A stretch of DNA of 64,000 nucleotides, from the NCBI RefSeq assembly GCF_009914755.1, contig NC_060939.1, one strand, 5' to 3'. A program made the translations under genes and the position numbers. How positions within the stretch are numbered: position 1 is the stretch's first letter; the number at the start of each line of letters is the position of its first letter. Below the pieces are notes generated by a model. The model was not told the DNA's origin, did no database searches, and worked only from the letters and a program-made list of their open reading frames with translations. The stretch comes from the human T2T-CHM13v2.0 reference genome, Homo sapiens. Below, piece after piece: positions 24,301-38,199 of the stretch.

Positions 24301-25899
24301 TCCATTCCATTCCATTCCATTCCATTCCATTCCATTCCATTCCATTCCATTCCATTCCGTTGCATTAAACTCGGGTTGATTCCATTGCATTCCATTCCAT
24401 TCCACTCCATTCCATTCCATTTCATTCCATTACAGTTGATTCCATTCCTTTCCATTCCATTCAATTCCATTCCTTTCCGTTCCATTCCACTCGGCTTGAT
24501 TTCATTCCATTCCATTCCATTCCATTCGGGTTCATTCCATTCCATTACAATCCATTCTATTTCATTCCATTTCATTCGGGTTCATTCCATTCCATTCCAT
24601 TCCATTCCATTCTATTTCATTCCATTCCATTTCATTCCACTGCTCTTTACTCCATTCCACTCTATTCCTTTCCATTCCATTCCACTCCATTCCAATCCAT
24701 GACATTCCAATCGGTTTGAAACCATTCCTTTCCATTCCAATCCATTCCATTCCATTCCATTCCATTCCATTCCATTCCATTCCATTCAATTCCACTCGGA
24801 TTCAATCTATTGATTCCATTCCATTCCGTTCTGTTCCAATCCATCCCATTGCATTCCGTACAATCCAATTCCACTCGGAATGACTCCATTCAATTCCATT
24901 GTATTCCGTTCAATTCCATTGCATTCCATTCCATTCCATTCCACTCTGGTTGATTCCATTCCATTCCTTTCCATTCCATTCCACTCCAGTCGGGTTGATT
25001 CCATTCCATTCCATTCCATTCATTCCGTTCCATTCCATTCCTTTCCATTCGGGTTGATTCCATTCCATTAATTTCCATTCCATTTCATTCCATTCCTTTC
25101 CATTCCACTCCACTCGGGTTGATTCCATTGCATTCCATTCCATTCCATTGCACTTGAGTTGATTCCATTCCTTTCCATTCCATTCCATTCCATGCCATGC
25201 CATTCCATTCCATTCCACTCAGGTTGATTCCGCTCCATTCCATTGCATTACATTCCATTTCATTCCATTAGGGTTGATTCCTTTCCATTCCATTCCGTTC
25301 CACTGTGGTTAATTCCATTCCGTTCCTTTCCGTTCCATTCCATTCCATTCCATTCCATTCCATTCTATTCCATTCCTTTCCATTCCATTCCGTTCCATGC
25401 TATTCGTCTTTATTTCAATCCATTCCACAGCATTCCATTCCATTCTGTTCCGTTCCATTCCATTCGCGTTGTTTCCATTCCATTCCATTCCATTCCATTC
25501 CATTCCATTCCATTCCATTCCATTCCATTCTGTTCCACTCGGGTTGATTCCATTCCATTCCATTCCATTTTATTCCACTCCACTCGGGTTGATTCCATTA
25601 CATTCCTTTCCATTCCATTGTACTTGAGTTGATTCCACTCCTTTCCATTCCATTCCATTCCATTCCATTCCATTCAATGCCATTCCATTCCATGCCATTC
25701 CATTCCATTCCATTCCATTCCATTCCATGCCATTCCATTCCATTCCATTCCATTCCATTCCATTCCACTCAGGTTGATTCTGCTCCATTCCATTGCATTA
25801 CATTCCATTTCATTCCACTCGGGTTGATTCCTTTCCATTCCATTCCGTTCCACTCTGGTTAATTCCATTCCGTTCCTTTAAATTTCATTCCATTCCATT

Positions 25900-28800
25900 C
25901 CATTCCATTCCATTCCATTCCATTCCATTCCATTCTATTCCATTGCATTCCTTTCCATTCCATTCCGTTCCATGGTATTCGTGTTTATTTCATTCCATTC
26001 CACAGCATTCCATTCCATTCTGTTCCGTTCCATTCCATTCGTGTTGTTTCCATTCCATTCCATTCCATTCCATTCCATTCCATTCCATTCCATTCCGTTC
26101 CACTCGGGTTGATTCCATTCCATTCCATTCCATTTTATTCCACTCCACTCGGGTTGATTCCATTCCATTCCATTGCATTCCATTCCATTCCATTGCATTA
26201 AACTCGGGTTGATTCCATTGCATTCCATTCCATTCCAGCTCCATTCCATTCCATTTCATTCCATTACAGTTGATTCCATTCCTTTCCATTCCATTCAATT
26301 CCATTCCATTCCGTTCCATTCCCCTCGGCTTGATTTCATTCCATTCCATTCCATTCCATTCGGGTTCATTCCATTCCATTCCATTCCGTTCTATTTCATT
26401 CCATTCCATTTCATTCGACTGGTGTTTACTCCATTCCACTCCATTCCTTTCCATTCCATTCCATTCCATTCCACTCCATTCCAATCCATGACATTGCAAT
26501 CAGTTTGAATCCATTCCTTTCCATTCCAATCCATTGCATTCCATTCCAATCCATTCCATTCCATTCAATTCCACTCGGATTCAATCTATTGATTCCATTC
26601 CATTCCGTTCTGTTCCATTCCATTCCATTGCATTCCATACAATCCCATTCCACTCGGAATGATTCCATTCAATTCCATTGTATTTCGTTCAATTCCATTG
26701 CATTCCATTCCATTCCACTCTGGTTGATTCCATTCCATTCCTTTCCATTCCATTCCATTCCAGTCGGGTTGATTCCATTCCATTCCATTCCATTCCATTC
26801 CATTCCATTCCATTCCATTCCATCGCACTCCATTCCATTACATTCCATTTCACTCGAGTTGATTCTATTCCATTCCGTTCCATTCCATTCCATTCCATTC
26901 CATTCCGGTTCATTCCATGCCATTCCATTCCATTCCGTTCCGTTCCATTCCATTCCATTCCATTGCATTGCCTTCCATTCCACTCCATTCCATTCCATTC
27001 CATTCCATTCCACTAGGGTTGATTCCATACCTTTCCATTCCATTCATTCCTTTCCACTCCATTCCATTCCAGTCGGGTTGATTCCATTCCATTGCTTTCC
27101 ATTCCATTCCATTGCATGCCATTCTATTCCATTCCACTCGGGTTGATTCCGTTGCATTCTATTCCTTTCCATTGCACTTGACTTGATTCCATTCCATTCC
27201 AATCCATTCCATTCCATTCATTTCCATTACACTCAGGTTGATTCCATAGCATTCCTTTCCATTTCATTGCATTCCATTCCATTCCACTCCATTCCATTCC
27301 ATTCCATTCCATTCCACTCCATTCCATTACATTCCATTACACTCGAGTTGATTCTGTTCCATTCCACTCCATTCCATTCCATTCCATTCCATTCCTTTCC
27401 AATCCATGATATTCAACTAGCGTTGAATCCATTGCATTCCATTCCACTCCATTCCTCTCCATTCAATTCCTCTCTGATTCAATGTATTCCATTCCATTCC
27501 ATTCCATTCCATTCCGTTCTGTTCCATTCCGTTCCATTGCATTCCATACCATTCCATTCCACTCGGGATGTTTCCATTCCATTCCATTATATTCCGTTTC
27601 ATTCCATTGCATTCCATTCCATTCCATTCCACTCGTGTTGATTCCATTCCATTCCATTCCATTCCATTCCATTCCATTCCATTCCATTCTATTCCATTGC
27701 ATTCCTTTCCATTCCATTCCGTTCCATGGTATTCGTGTTTATTTCATTCCATTCCACAGCATTCCATTCCATTCTGTTCCGTTCCATTCCATTCGTGTTG
27801 TTTCCATTCCATTCCATTCCATTCCATTCCATTCCATTCCATTCCGTTCCACTCGGGTTGATTCCATTCCATTCCATTCCATTTTATTCCACTCCACTCG
27901 GGTTGATTCCATTCCATTCCATTGCATTCCATTCCATTCCATTGCATTAAACTCGGGTTGATTCCATTGCATTCCATTCCATTCCAGCTCCATTCCATTC
28001 CATTTCATTCCATTACAGTTGATTCCATTCCTTTCCATTCCATTCAATTCCATTCCATTCCGTTCCATTCCCCTCGGCTTGATTTCATTCCATTCCATTC
28101 CATTCCATTCGGGTTCATTCCATTCCATTCCATTCCATTCTATTTCATTCCATTCCATTTCATTCGACTGGTGTTTACTCCATTCCACTCCATTCCTTTC
28201 CATTCCATTCCATTCCATTCCACTCCATTCCAATCCATGACATTGCAATCAGTTTGAATCCATTCCTTTCCATTCCAATCCATTGCATTCCATTCCAATC
28301 CATTCCATTCCATTCAATTCCACTCGGATTCAATCTATTGATTCCATTCCATTCCGTTCTGTTCCATTCCATTCCATTGCATTCCATACAATCCCATTCC
28401 ACTCGGAATGATTCCATTCAATTCCATTGTATTTCGTTCAATTCCATTGCATTCCATTCCATTCCACTCTGGTTGATTCCATTCCATTCCTTTCCATTCC
28501 ATTCCATTCCAGTCGGGTTGATTCCATTCCATTCCATTCCATTCCATTCCATTCCATTCCATTCCATTCCATCGCACTCCATTCCATTACATTCCATTTC
28601 ACTCGAGTTGATTCTATTCCATTCCGTTCCATTCCATTCCATTCCATTCCATTCCGGTTCATTCCATGCCATTCCATTCCATTCCGTTCCGTTCCATTCC
28701 ATTCCATTGCATTGCTTTCCATTCCACTCCATTCCATTCCATTCCATTCCATTCCACTAGGGTTGATTCCATACCTTTCCATTCCATTCCATTCCATTCA

Positions 28801-29399
28801 TTCCTTTCCACTCCATTCCATTCCAGTCGGGTTGATTCCATTCCATTGCTTTCCATTCCATTCCATTGCATGCCATTCTATTCCATTTCACTCGGGTTGA
28901 TTCCGTTGCATTCTATTCCTTTCCATTGCACTTGACTTGATTCCATTCCATTCCAATCCATTCCATTCCATTCATTTCCATTACACTCAGGTTGATTCCA
29001 TAGCATTCCTTTCCATTTCATTGCATTCCATTCCATTCCACTCCATTCCATTCCATTCCATTCCATTCCACTCCATTCCATTACATTCCATTACACTCGA
29101 GTTGATTCTGTTCCATTCCACTCCATTCCATTCCATTCCATTCCATTCCTTTCCAATCCATGATATTCAACTAGCGTTGAATCCATTGCATTCCATTCCA
29201 ATCCATTCCTCTCCATTCAATTCCTCTCTGATTCAATGTATTCCATTCCATTCCATTCCATTCCATTCCGTTCTGTTCCATTCCGTTCCATTGCATTACA
29301 TACCATTCCATTCCACTCGGGATGTTTCCATTCCATTCCATTATATTCCGTTTCATTCCATTGCATTCCATTCCATTCCATTCCACTCGTGTTGATTCC
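25900..29399 (+). repeat. Near-identical ~1.75-kb tandem duplication inside HSat3
   Basis: Rare markers recur at offset 1749-1754: CATGGT 25971/27725, AATCAGTTTG 26498/28247 and ACTCGTGTTG 27631/29385. ORF-track pairs 26173/27922, 26426/28175 and 26586/28335 have identical translations. Confidence 0.92.
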
Positions 29400-32300
29400 G
29401 TTCCGTTCCTTTCCATTTAATTCCATTCCATTCCATTATATTCCATTCCACTCCATTACATTCCATTGCACTCCAGTTGATTCCATTCCATTCCATTACA
29501 TTTTCTTCCAATCCATTCCTTTCCATTCCATTCCATTTGACAATATTCCACTCGGGTGGATTCCATACCATTCCATGCCATTCCATTCCATTCCATTGAA
29601 TTCCATTCCATTCCATTCCACTCGGGTTGATTCCATGCCATTCCATTCCATTCAGGTTGATTCCATTCCAATCCATTCCATTCCATTCCATTCCATTCCA
29701 CTCAATTCCATTCCATTCCACTCCATTCCATTACATTCCATTCCACTCGAGTTGATTCTATTCCATGCCATTCCATTCCATTCCATTCCATTCCATTCCA
29801 TTCCATTCCGGTTCATTCCATGCCATTCAATTCCATTCCGTTCAGTTCCATTCCATGCTATTCCATTCCATTGCATTGTCTTCCATTCCACTCCATTCCA
29901 CTCCATTCCATTCCATTCCATTCCATTCCATTCCATTCCATTGCACTCGGGTTGATTCCATACCTTACCATTCCATTCCATTCCCTTCGTTCCTTTCCAT
30001 TCCATTCCATTCCAATCGGGTTGATTCCATTCCTTTGCTTTCCATTCCATTCCATTGTATGCTTTTCTATTCCATTCCACTCGGGTTCATTCCGTTGCAT
30101 TCTCTTCCATTCCATTGCACTTGTTTTGAATCCATTCCATTCCATTCCATTCCATTCATTTCCATTACACTCGGGTTGATTCCATAGCATTCCATATCAT
30201 TCCATTCCATTTCATTTCATACCATTCCATTCCATTCCATTCCATTCCATTCTATTCCATTCCATTCCATTCCATTGCATTCTGGTTGATTCCATTCTAT
30301 TCCATTCCATTCCATTCTATTCCATTCCAGTCCGTTCCATTCCACTCGGGTTGATTCCATACCATTCCATTCCATTCCATTCCATTCATTCCTTTCCATT
30401 CCATTCCATTCCATTCGGGTTGATTCCATTCCATTCCTTTCCATTCCATTTCATTCCATTCTTTTCCATTCCATTCCACTCGGGTTGACTCCATTGCATT
30501 CCATTCCATTCCATTGCACTTGGGTTGATTCCATTCCATTCCATTCCATTCCATTCCATTTCATGCATTTCCCTTACACTCCGGTTGATTCCATAGCATT
30601 CCATTCCATTCCATTCCATTCCATTCCATTCAATCCCATTCAGGTTGATTCCATTCCTTTCCATTCCATTCCATTCCATTCCATTCCATTCAATCCCATT
30701 CAGGTTGATTCCATTCCTTTCCATTCCATTCCATTCCATTCCATTCCTTTCCATTCCATTCCGTTCCATTCCATTCGGGTTGATTCCATTCCATGAAATT
30801 CCACTGCATTCCATTTCATTCCATTCCACTCCATTCCATTCCATTCCATACATTCCATTCCATTGCACCCAGATTGATTCCATTCTATTCCATTCCATTC
30901 TATGTTATTCCATTCCAGTTGATTCCATTGGATTCCATTCCGTTCAATTCCATTCCATACCATTCCATTCCATTCCATTCCACTCCTTTCCATTCCATTC
31001 CATTCCATTCCACTCCTTTCCATTCCATTCCATTGCATTCGACTCAGTTTGATTCCGCTATATTCCATTGCATTACATTCCATTTCATTCCACTCGGGTT
31101 TATTCCTTTCCATTCCACTCTGTTTCACTCGGGTTAATTCCATTCCGTTCCTTTCCATTTCATTCCATTCCATTCCATTCTATTCCATTCCATTCCATTA
31201 CTTTCCATTCCATTCCGTTCCATTCTATTCGTGTTTATTTCATTCCATTCCATTCCGTTCCACAGCATTCCATTCCATTCAGTTCCGTTCCATTCCATTC
31301 GTGTTGTTTCCATTCCATTCCATTCCATTCCATTCCATTCCATTCCATTCCGTTCCATTCCATTCGTGTTGTTTCAATTCCATTCCATTCCACTCGGTTC
31401 CATTCCATTCCATTCCACTCCTTTCCAATCCATGACATTCAACTGGGTTGAATCCCTTGCATTCCATTCCAATCCATTCCACTCCTTTCCAATCCATGAC
31501 ATTCAACTGGGTTGAATCCCTTCCATTCCATTCCAATCCATTCCACTCCAGTCAATTCCTCTCAGATTCAATCTATGCCATTCCATTCCTTTCCGTTCTG
31601 TTCCATTCCATTCCATTGCATTCCATACCATTCCATTCCACTCGGGATGATTCCATTGCATTCCATTCCATTCCATTCCATTCCATTGCTTTCCATTCCA
31701 TTCCGTTCCATTCCATTCGGGTTGATTCCATTCCATTCCATTCCATTCCATTCCATTCCATTCCATTCCATTCCATTGCTTTCCATTCCATTCCGTTCCA
31801 TTCCTTTCGGATTGATTCCATTCCATTCCATTCCATTCCATTCTATGCTATTCCATTCCAGTTGATTCCATTGGATTCCATTCCGTTCCATTGCATCCCA
31901 TTCCATTCCATTCCATTCCATTCCATTCCATTCCATTCCACTCCACTCCATTCCATTCCATTCCATTGCATTAGACTCAGGTTGATTCCGCTCCATTCCA
32001 TTGCATTACACTACATTTCATTCCACTCGGGTTGATTCCTTTCCATTCCATTCAATTCCACTAGGCTTAATTCCATTCCGTTCCTTTCCATTTCACTCCA
32101 TTCCATTCCATTCCATTCCATTCCATTGCATTCCATTCCTTTCCATTCTATTCGTGTTTATTTCATTCCATTCCATTCCATTCCACAGCATTCCATTCCA
32201 TTCCGTTCCATTCTATTCGTGTTGTTCATTCCATTCCATTCCATTCCATTCCATTCCATTGCGTTCCATTGCATTCGTGTTGATTCCACTCCATTCCATT

Positions 32301-35300
32301 CCACTCCATTCCATTCAATTCCATTCCTTTCCAATCCATGACATTCAACTAGGGTTGAATCCATTGCATTCCATTCCAATCCATTCCTCTCCATTCAATT
32401 CCTCTCTGATTCAATCTATTCCATTCCATTCCATTCCGTTCTGTTCCATTCCGTTCCATTGCATTCCATACCATTCCATTCCACTCGGGATGTTTCCATT
32501 CCATTCCATTATATTCCGTTTCATTCCATTGCATTCCATTCAATTCCATTGCACTCGGGTTGATTCCATACCATTCCATTCCATTCCACTCCATTCCATT
32601 CCATTACACTCCATACATTCCATTCCATTACACCCGGATTGATTCCATTCCATTCCATTCCATTCTATGCTATTCCATCCCAGTTGATTCCATTGGATTC
32701 TATTCCCTTCCATTCCATTCCATTGCATTCCATTCCATTCCATTCCATTCCATTGCATTAGACTCAGGTTGATTCCGCTCCATTCCACTTCATTACATTC
32801 CATTTCATTCCACTCGGGTTGATTCCTTTCCATTCCATTCCTTTCCACTCAGGTTAATTCCATTCCATTCCTTTCCATTTCATGCCTTTCCATTCCATTC
32901 CATTCCATTCCGTTCCATTCCGTTCCATTCTATTCGTGTTTATTTCATTCCATTCCATTCCATTCCACAGCATTCCATTCCATTCCGTTCCGTTCCATTC
33001 CATTCGTGTTGTTTCCATTCCATTCCATTCCATTCCATTCCATTCCATTCCATTCCTTTCCGTTCCTTTCCATTCGTGTTGATTGCATTCCATTCCACTC
33101 TTTTCCAATCCATGACTTTCAACTGGGTTGAATCCCTTGCATTCCATTCCAATCCATTCCACTCCAGTCAATTCCTCTCGGATTCAATCTATTCCATTCC
33201 ATTCCTTTCCGTTCTGTTCCATTCCATTCCATTGCATTCCATACCATTCCATTCCACTCGGGATGATTCCATTCCATTCCATTCCATTCCATTCCATTCC
33301 ATTCCATTCCATTCCTTTCCATTCCATTCCGTTCCATTTTATTGGTGTTTATTTCATTCCATTCCATTCCATTCCACAGCGTTCCATTCCATTCCGTTCC
33401 GTTCCATTCCATTCGTGTTGTTTCCATTCCACTCCATTACATTACATTCCATTCCACTCGAGTTGATTCTATTCCATTCCATTCCATTCCATTCCATTCG
33501 GGTTCACTCCATGCCATTCAATTCCATTCCGTTCCATTCCATTCCATTCCATTCCATTCCATTGCCTTCCATTCCACTGCATTCCACTCCAATCCATTCC
33601 ATTCCATTCCATTCCATTCCACTCGGGTTGATTCCATACCTTTGCATTCCATTCCAATCCTTTCATTCCTTTCCTTTCCATTGCATTTCATTCAGGTTGA
33701 TTCCATTCCATTGCTTTCCATTCCATTCCATTGCATGCCTTTCTATTCCATTCCACTCGGGTTGATTCCATTCCATTCTATTCCATTGCATTCCATTCCA
33801 TTCCATTCCATTCCATTCCATTCATTTCCATTACACTCGGGTTGATTCCATAGCATTCCATTCCATTCCATTCCATTCCATTCCATTCCATTCCATTCCA
33901 TTCCATCCCATTCTGGTTGATTCCATTCTATTCTATTCCATTCCATTCCATTCCATTCCATTCCATTCCATTCCATTCCTTTCCATTCCATTCCGTTCCA
34001 TTCCATTCGGGTTGATTCCATGCCATTCCATTCCATTCCATTCCATTCAAATCCATTCCACTCCATTCCATTCCATTCCATTCCCCTCCATTCCATTCCA
34101 TTCCATTCCATTCCATTCCACTCGGGTTGATTCCATACCTTTGCATTCCATTCCAATCCTTTCATTCCTTTCCTTTCCATTGCATTTCATTCGGGTTGAT
34201 TCCATTCCATTGCTTTCCATTCCATTCCATTGCATGCCTTTCTATTCCATTCCACTCGGGTTGATTCCATTCCATTCTATTCCATTGCATTCCATTCCAT
34301 TCCATTCCATTCCATTCCATTCCATTCATTTCCATTACACTCGGGTTGATTCCATAGCATTCCATTCCATTCCATTCCATTCCATTCCATCCCATTCTGG
34401 TTGATTCCATTCTATTCTATTCCATTCCATTCCATTCCATTCCATTCCTTTCCATTCCATTCCGTTCCATTCCGTTCCATTCCATTCGGGTTGATTCCAT
34501 GCCATTCCATTCCATTCCATTCCATTCAAATCCATTCCATTCCATTCCATTCCATTCCATTCCATCCCATTCTGGTTGATTCCATTCTATTCTATTCCAT
34601 TCCATTCCATTCCATTCCATTCCATTCCTTTCCATTCCATTCCGTTCCATTCCGTTCCATTCCATTCGGGTTGATTCCATGCCATTCCATTCCATTCCAT
34701 TCCATTCCCCTCCATTCCATTCCATTCCATTCCATTCCATTCCATTCCATTCCAATCCATTCCATTACAATGCATTCCATTCGATTTGATTCTATTCCAT
34801 TCCATTCCATTCCATTCCATTCCATTCCATTCCACTCCATTGCATTGCATTCCATTGCATTCGGGTTCATTCCATGCCATTCAATTTCGTTCAATTCCGT
34901 TCCATTCCATTCCATTCCATTCCATTGCCTTGCCTTCCATTCCACTGCATTCCATTCAAATTCCATTCCATTCCATTCCATTCCATTCCACTCGAGTTGA
35001 TTCCATACCTTTCCATTGCATTCCATTCCCTTCATTCCTTTCCATTCCATTCCATTCCAGTCGGGTTGATTCCATTCTATTGCTTTCCATTCCATTCCAT
35101 TCCATGCCTTTCTATTCCATTCCACGTGGGTTGATTCCGTTGCATTCTATTCCATTCCATTGCACTTGGGTTGATTCCATTCCATTCCATTCCATTCCAT
35201 TCATTTCCATTACACTCCTGTTGATTCCATAGCATTCCATTCCATTCCATTCCATTCCATTCCATTCCATTCTGGTTGATTCCATTCTATTCCATTCCAT

Positions 35301-38199
35301 TCCTTTCCATTCCATTCCGTTCCATTCCATTCGGGTTGATTCTATTCCATTCCATTCCATTCCATTGCATTCCATCCGATTCGGCTAGATTCCATTCCAT
35401 TCCATTTCATTCCATTCCATTCCTTTCCATTCCCTTCCGTTCCACTCGCGTTAATTCCATTCCGTTCCATTCTATTCGTGTTTATTTCAATCCATTCCAT
35501 TCCATTCCACAGCATTCCATTCCATTCCGTTCCATTCCATTCCATTCGTGTTGTTTCCATTCCATTCCATTCCATTCCATTCCATTCCATTCCATTCCAT
35601 TCCATTCCATTCCTTTCCATTCCGTTCCATTCCATTCGTGTTATTTCCATTCCTTTCCATTCCATTCAATTGCATTCCATTCCGTTCCATTCCACTCGGG
35701 TTGATTTCATTCCATTCCATTCCATTCCATTCGGGTTCATTCAATTCCATTCCATTCCATTCTATTTCATTCCATTCCATTTCATTCCACTGGTGTTTAC
35801 TCCATTCCACTCCATTCCTTTCCATTCCATTCCATTCCATTCCACTCCATTCCAATCCATGACATTCCAATCGGTTTGAAACCATTCCTTTCCATTCCAA
35901 TCCATTCCATTCCATTCCAATCCATTCCATTCCATTCAATTCCACTCGGATTCAATCTATTGATTCCATTCCATTCCGTTCTGTTCCATTCCATTCCATT
36001 GCATTGCATACAATCCCATTCCACTCGGGATGACTCCATTCAATTCCATTGTATTCTGTTCAATTCCATTGCATTCCATTCCATTCCATTCCACTCTGGT
36101 TGATTCCATTCCATTCCTTTCCATTCCATTCCATTCCAGTCGGGTTGATTCCATTTGATAGCATTCCATTCCATTCAATTCCATTCCATTCCACTCCATT
36201 CCATTACATTCTATTCCAATCGAGTAGATTCTATTCCATTCCATTCCATTCCATTCCATTCCATTACTTTCGGGTTCATTCCATGCCATTCAATTCCATT
36301 TCGTTCCATTCCATTCCATTCCATTCCATTCAATTCCATTCCATTCCGTTCCATTCCACTCAGGTTGATTTCATTCCATTCCATTCCATTCCATTCGGGT
36401 TCATTCCATTCCATTCCATTCCATTCTATTTCATTCCATTCCATTTCATTCCACTGGTGTTTACTCCATTCCACTCCATTCCTTTCCATTCCATTCCATT
36501 CCATTCCACTCCATTCCAATCCATGACATTCCAATCGGTTAGAAACCAATCCTTTCCATTCCAATCCATTCCATTCCATTCCAATCCATTCCATTCCATT
36601 TAATTCCACTCGGATTCAATCTATTGATTCCATTCCATTCCGTTCTGTTCCATTCCATTCCTTTGCATTCCATACAATCCCATTCCACTCGGGATGACTC
36701 CATTCAATTCCATTTTATTCCGTTCAATTCCATTGCATTCCATTCCATTCCATTGTACTCTGGTTGATTCCATTCCATTCCTTTCCATTCCATTCCATTC
36801 CAGTCGGGTTGATTCCATTCCATTCCATTCCATTCCATTCCATTCCATTCCATTCCAGTCGGGTTGATTCCATTCCATTCCATTCCATTCCATTCCATTC
36901 CATTCCATTACACTCCATTACACTCGAGTTGATTCTATTCTATTCCATTCCATTCCATTCCATTCCATTCCATTCCGGTTCATTCCATGCCATTCAATTC
37001 CATTCCATTCCATTCCATTCCATTGCCTTCCATTCCACTCCATTCCATTCCATTCCATTCCATTCCATTCCATTCCATTCCACTCCATTCCACTCGGGTT
37101 GATTCCATACCTTTCCATTCCATTCCTTTCCATTCATTCCTTTCCACTCCATTCCATTCCAGTCGGGTTGATTCCATTCCATTGCTTTCCATTCCATTCC
37201 ATTGCATGTCTTTCTATTCCATTCCACTCGGGTTGATTCCGTTGCATTCTATTCCATTCCATGGCACTTGGCTTGATTCCATTCCATTCCATACCATTCC
37301 ATTCCATTCATTTCCATTACAGTCGGGTTGATTCCATAGCATTCCTTTCCATTTCATTGCATTCCATTCCATTCCACTCCATTCCATTCCATTCCAGTCC
37401 ATTCCACTCCATTCCATTCCATTCCATTCCACTCCATTCCATTACATTCCATTCCACTCGAGTTGATTCTATTCCATTCCACTCCATTCCATTCCATTCC
37501 ATTCCTCTCCATTCAATTCCTCTCTGATTCAATCTATTCCGTTCCCTTCCATTCCGTTCTGTTCCATTCTGTTCCATTGCATTCCATACCATTCCATTCC
37601 ACTCGGGATGTTTCCATTCCATTCCATTATATTACGTTTCATTCCATTGCATTCCATTCCATTCCATTCCACTCGGGTTGATTCCATTCCATTCCATTCC
37701 ATTCCATTCCATTCCATTCCATTCCATTGCACTCCGGTTGATTCCATTCCATTCCATTACATTTTATTCCATTCCATTCCTTTCCATTCCATTGCATTCA
37801 ATAATATTCCACTCGGGTTGATTCCATACCATTGCTTTCCATTCCATTCCATTGAATTCCATTCCATTCCATTCCACTCGGGTTGATTGCATGCCATTCC
37901 ATTCCATTCCATTCCATTCCATTCCACTCCATTCCATTCGGGTTGATTCCATTCTATTCCATTCCATTACATTCCATTGCATTCCATTGCATTGCATTCG
38001 GGTTCATTCCATGCATTGAATTCCATTCCGTTCCGTCCCATTCTATTCCATTCCATTCCATTGCATTGCCTTCCATTCCACTCCATTCCATTCCATTCCA
38101 CTCCATTCCACTCCATTCCATTCCACTCCATTCCATTCCACTCCATTCCATTCCATTCCATTCCATTCCACTCCATTCCATTCCATTCCATTCCATTCC

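Noticed and set aside
22180-29400. Assignment to the chromosome 15 D15Z1 1.8-kb KpnI repeat or to Y-chromosome DYZ1
   Set aside because: I saw no GGTACC site in these units, and the period is only local and irregular. A subfamily call needs k-mer classification that I cannot run.
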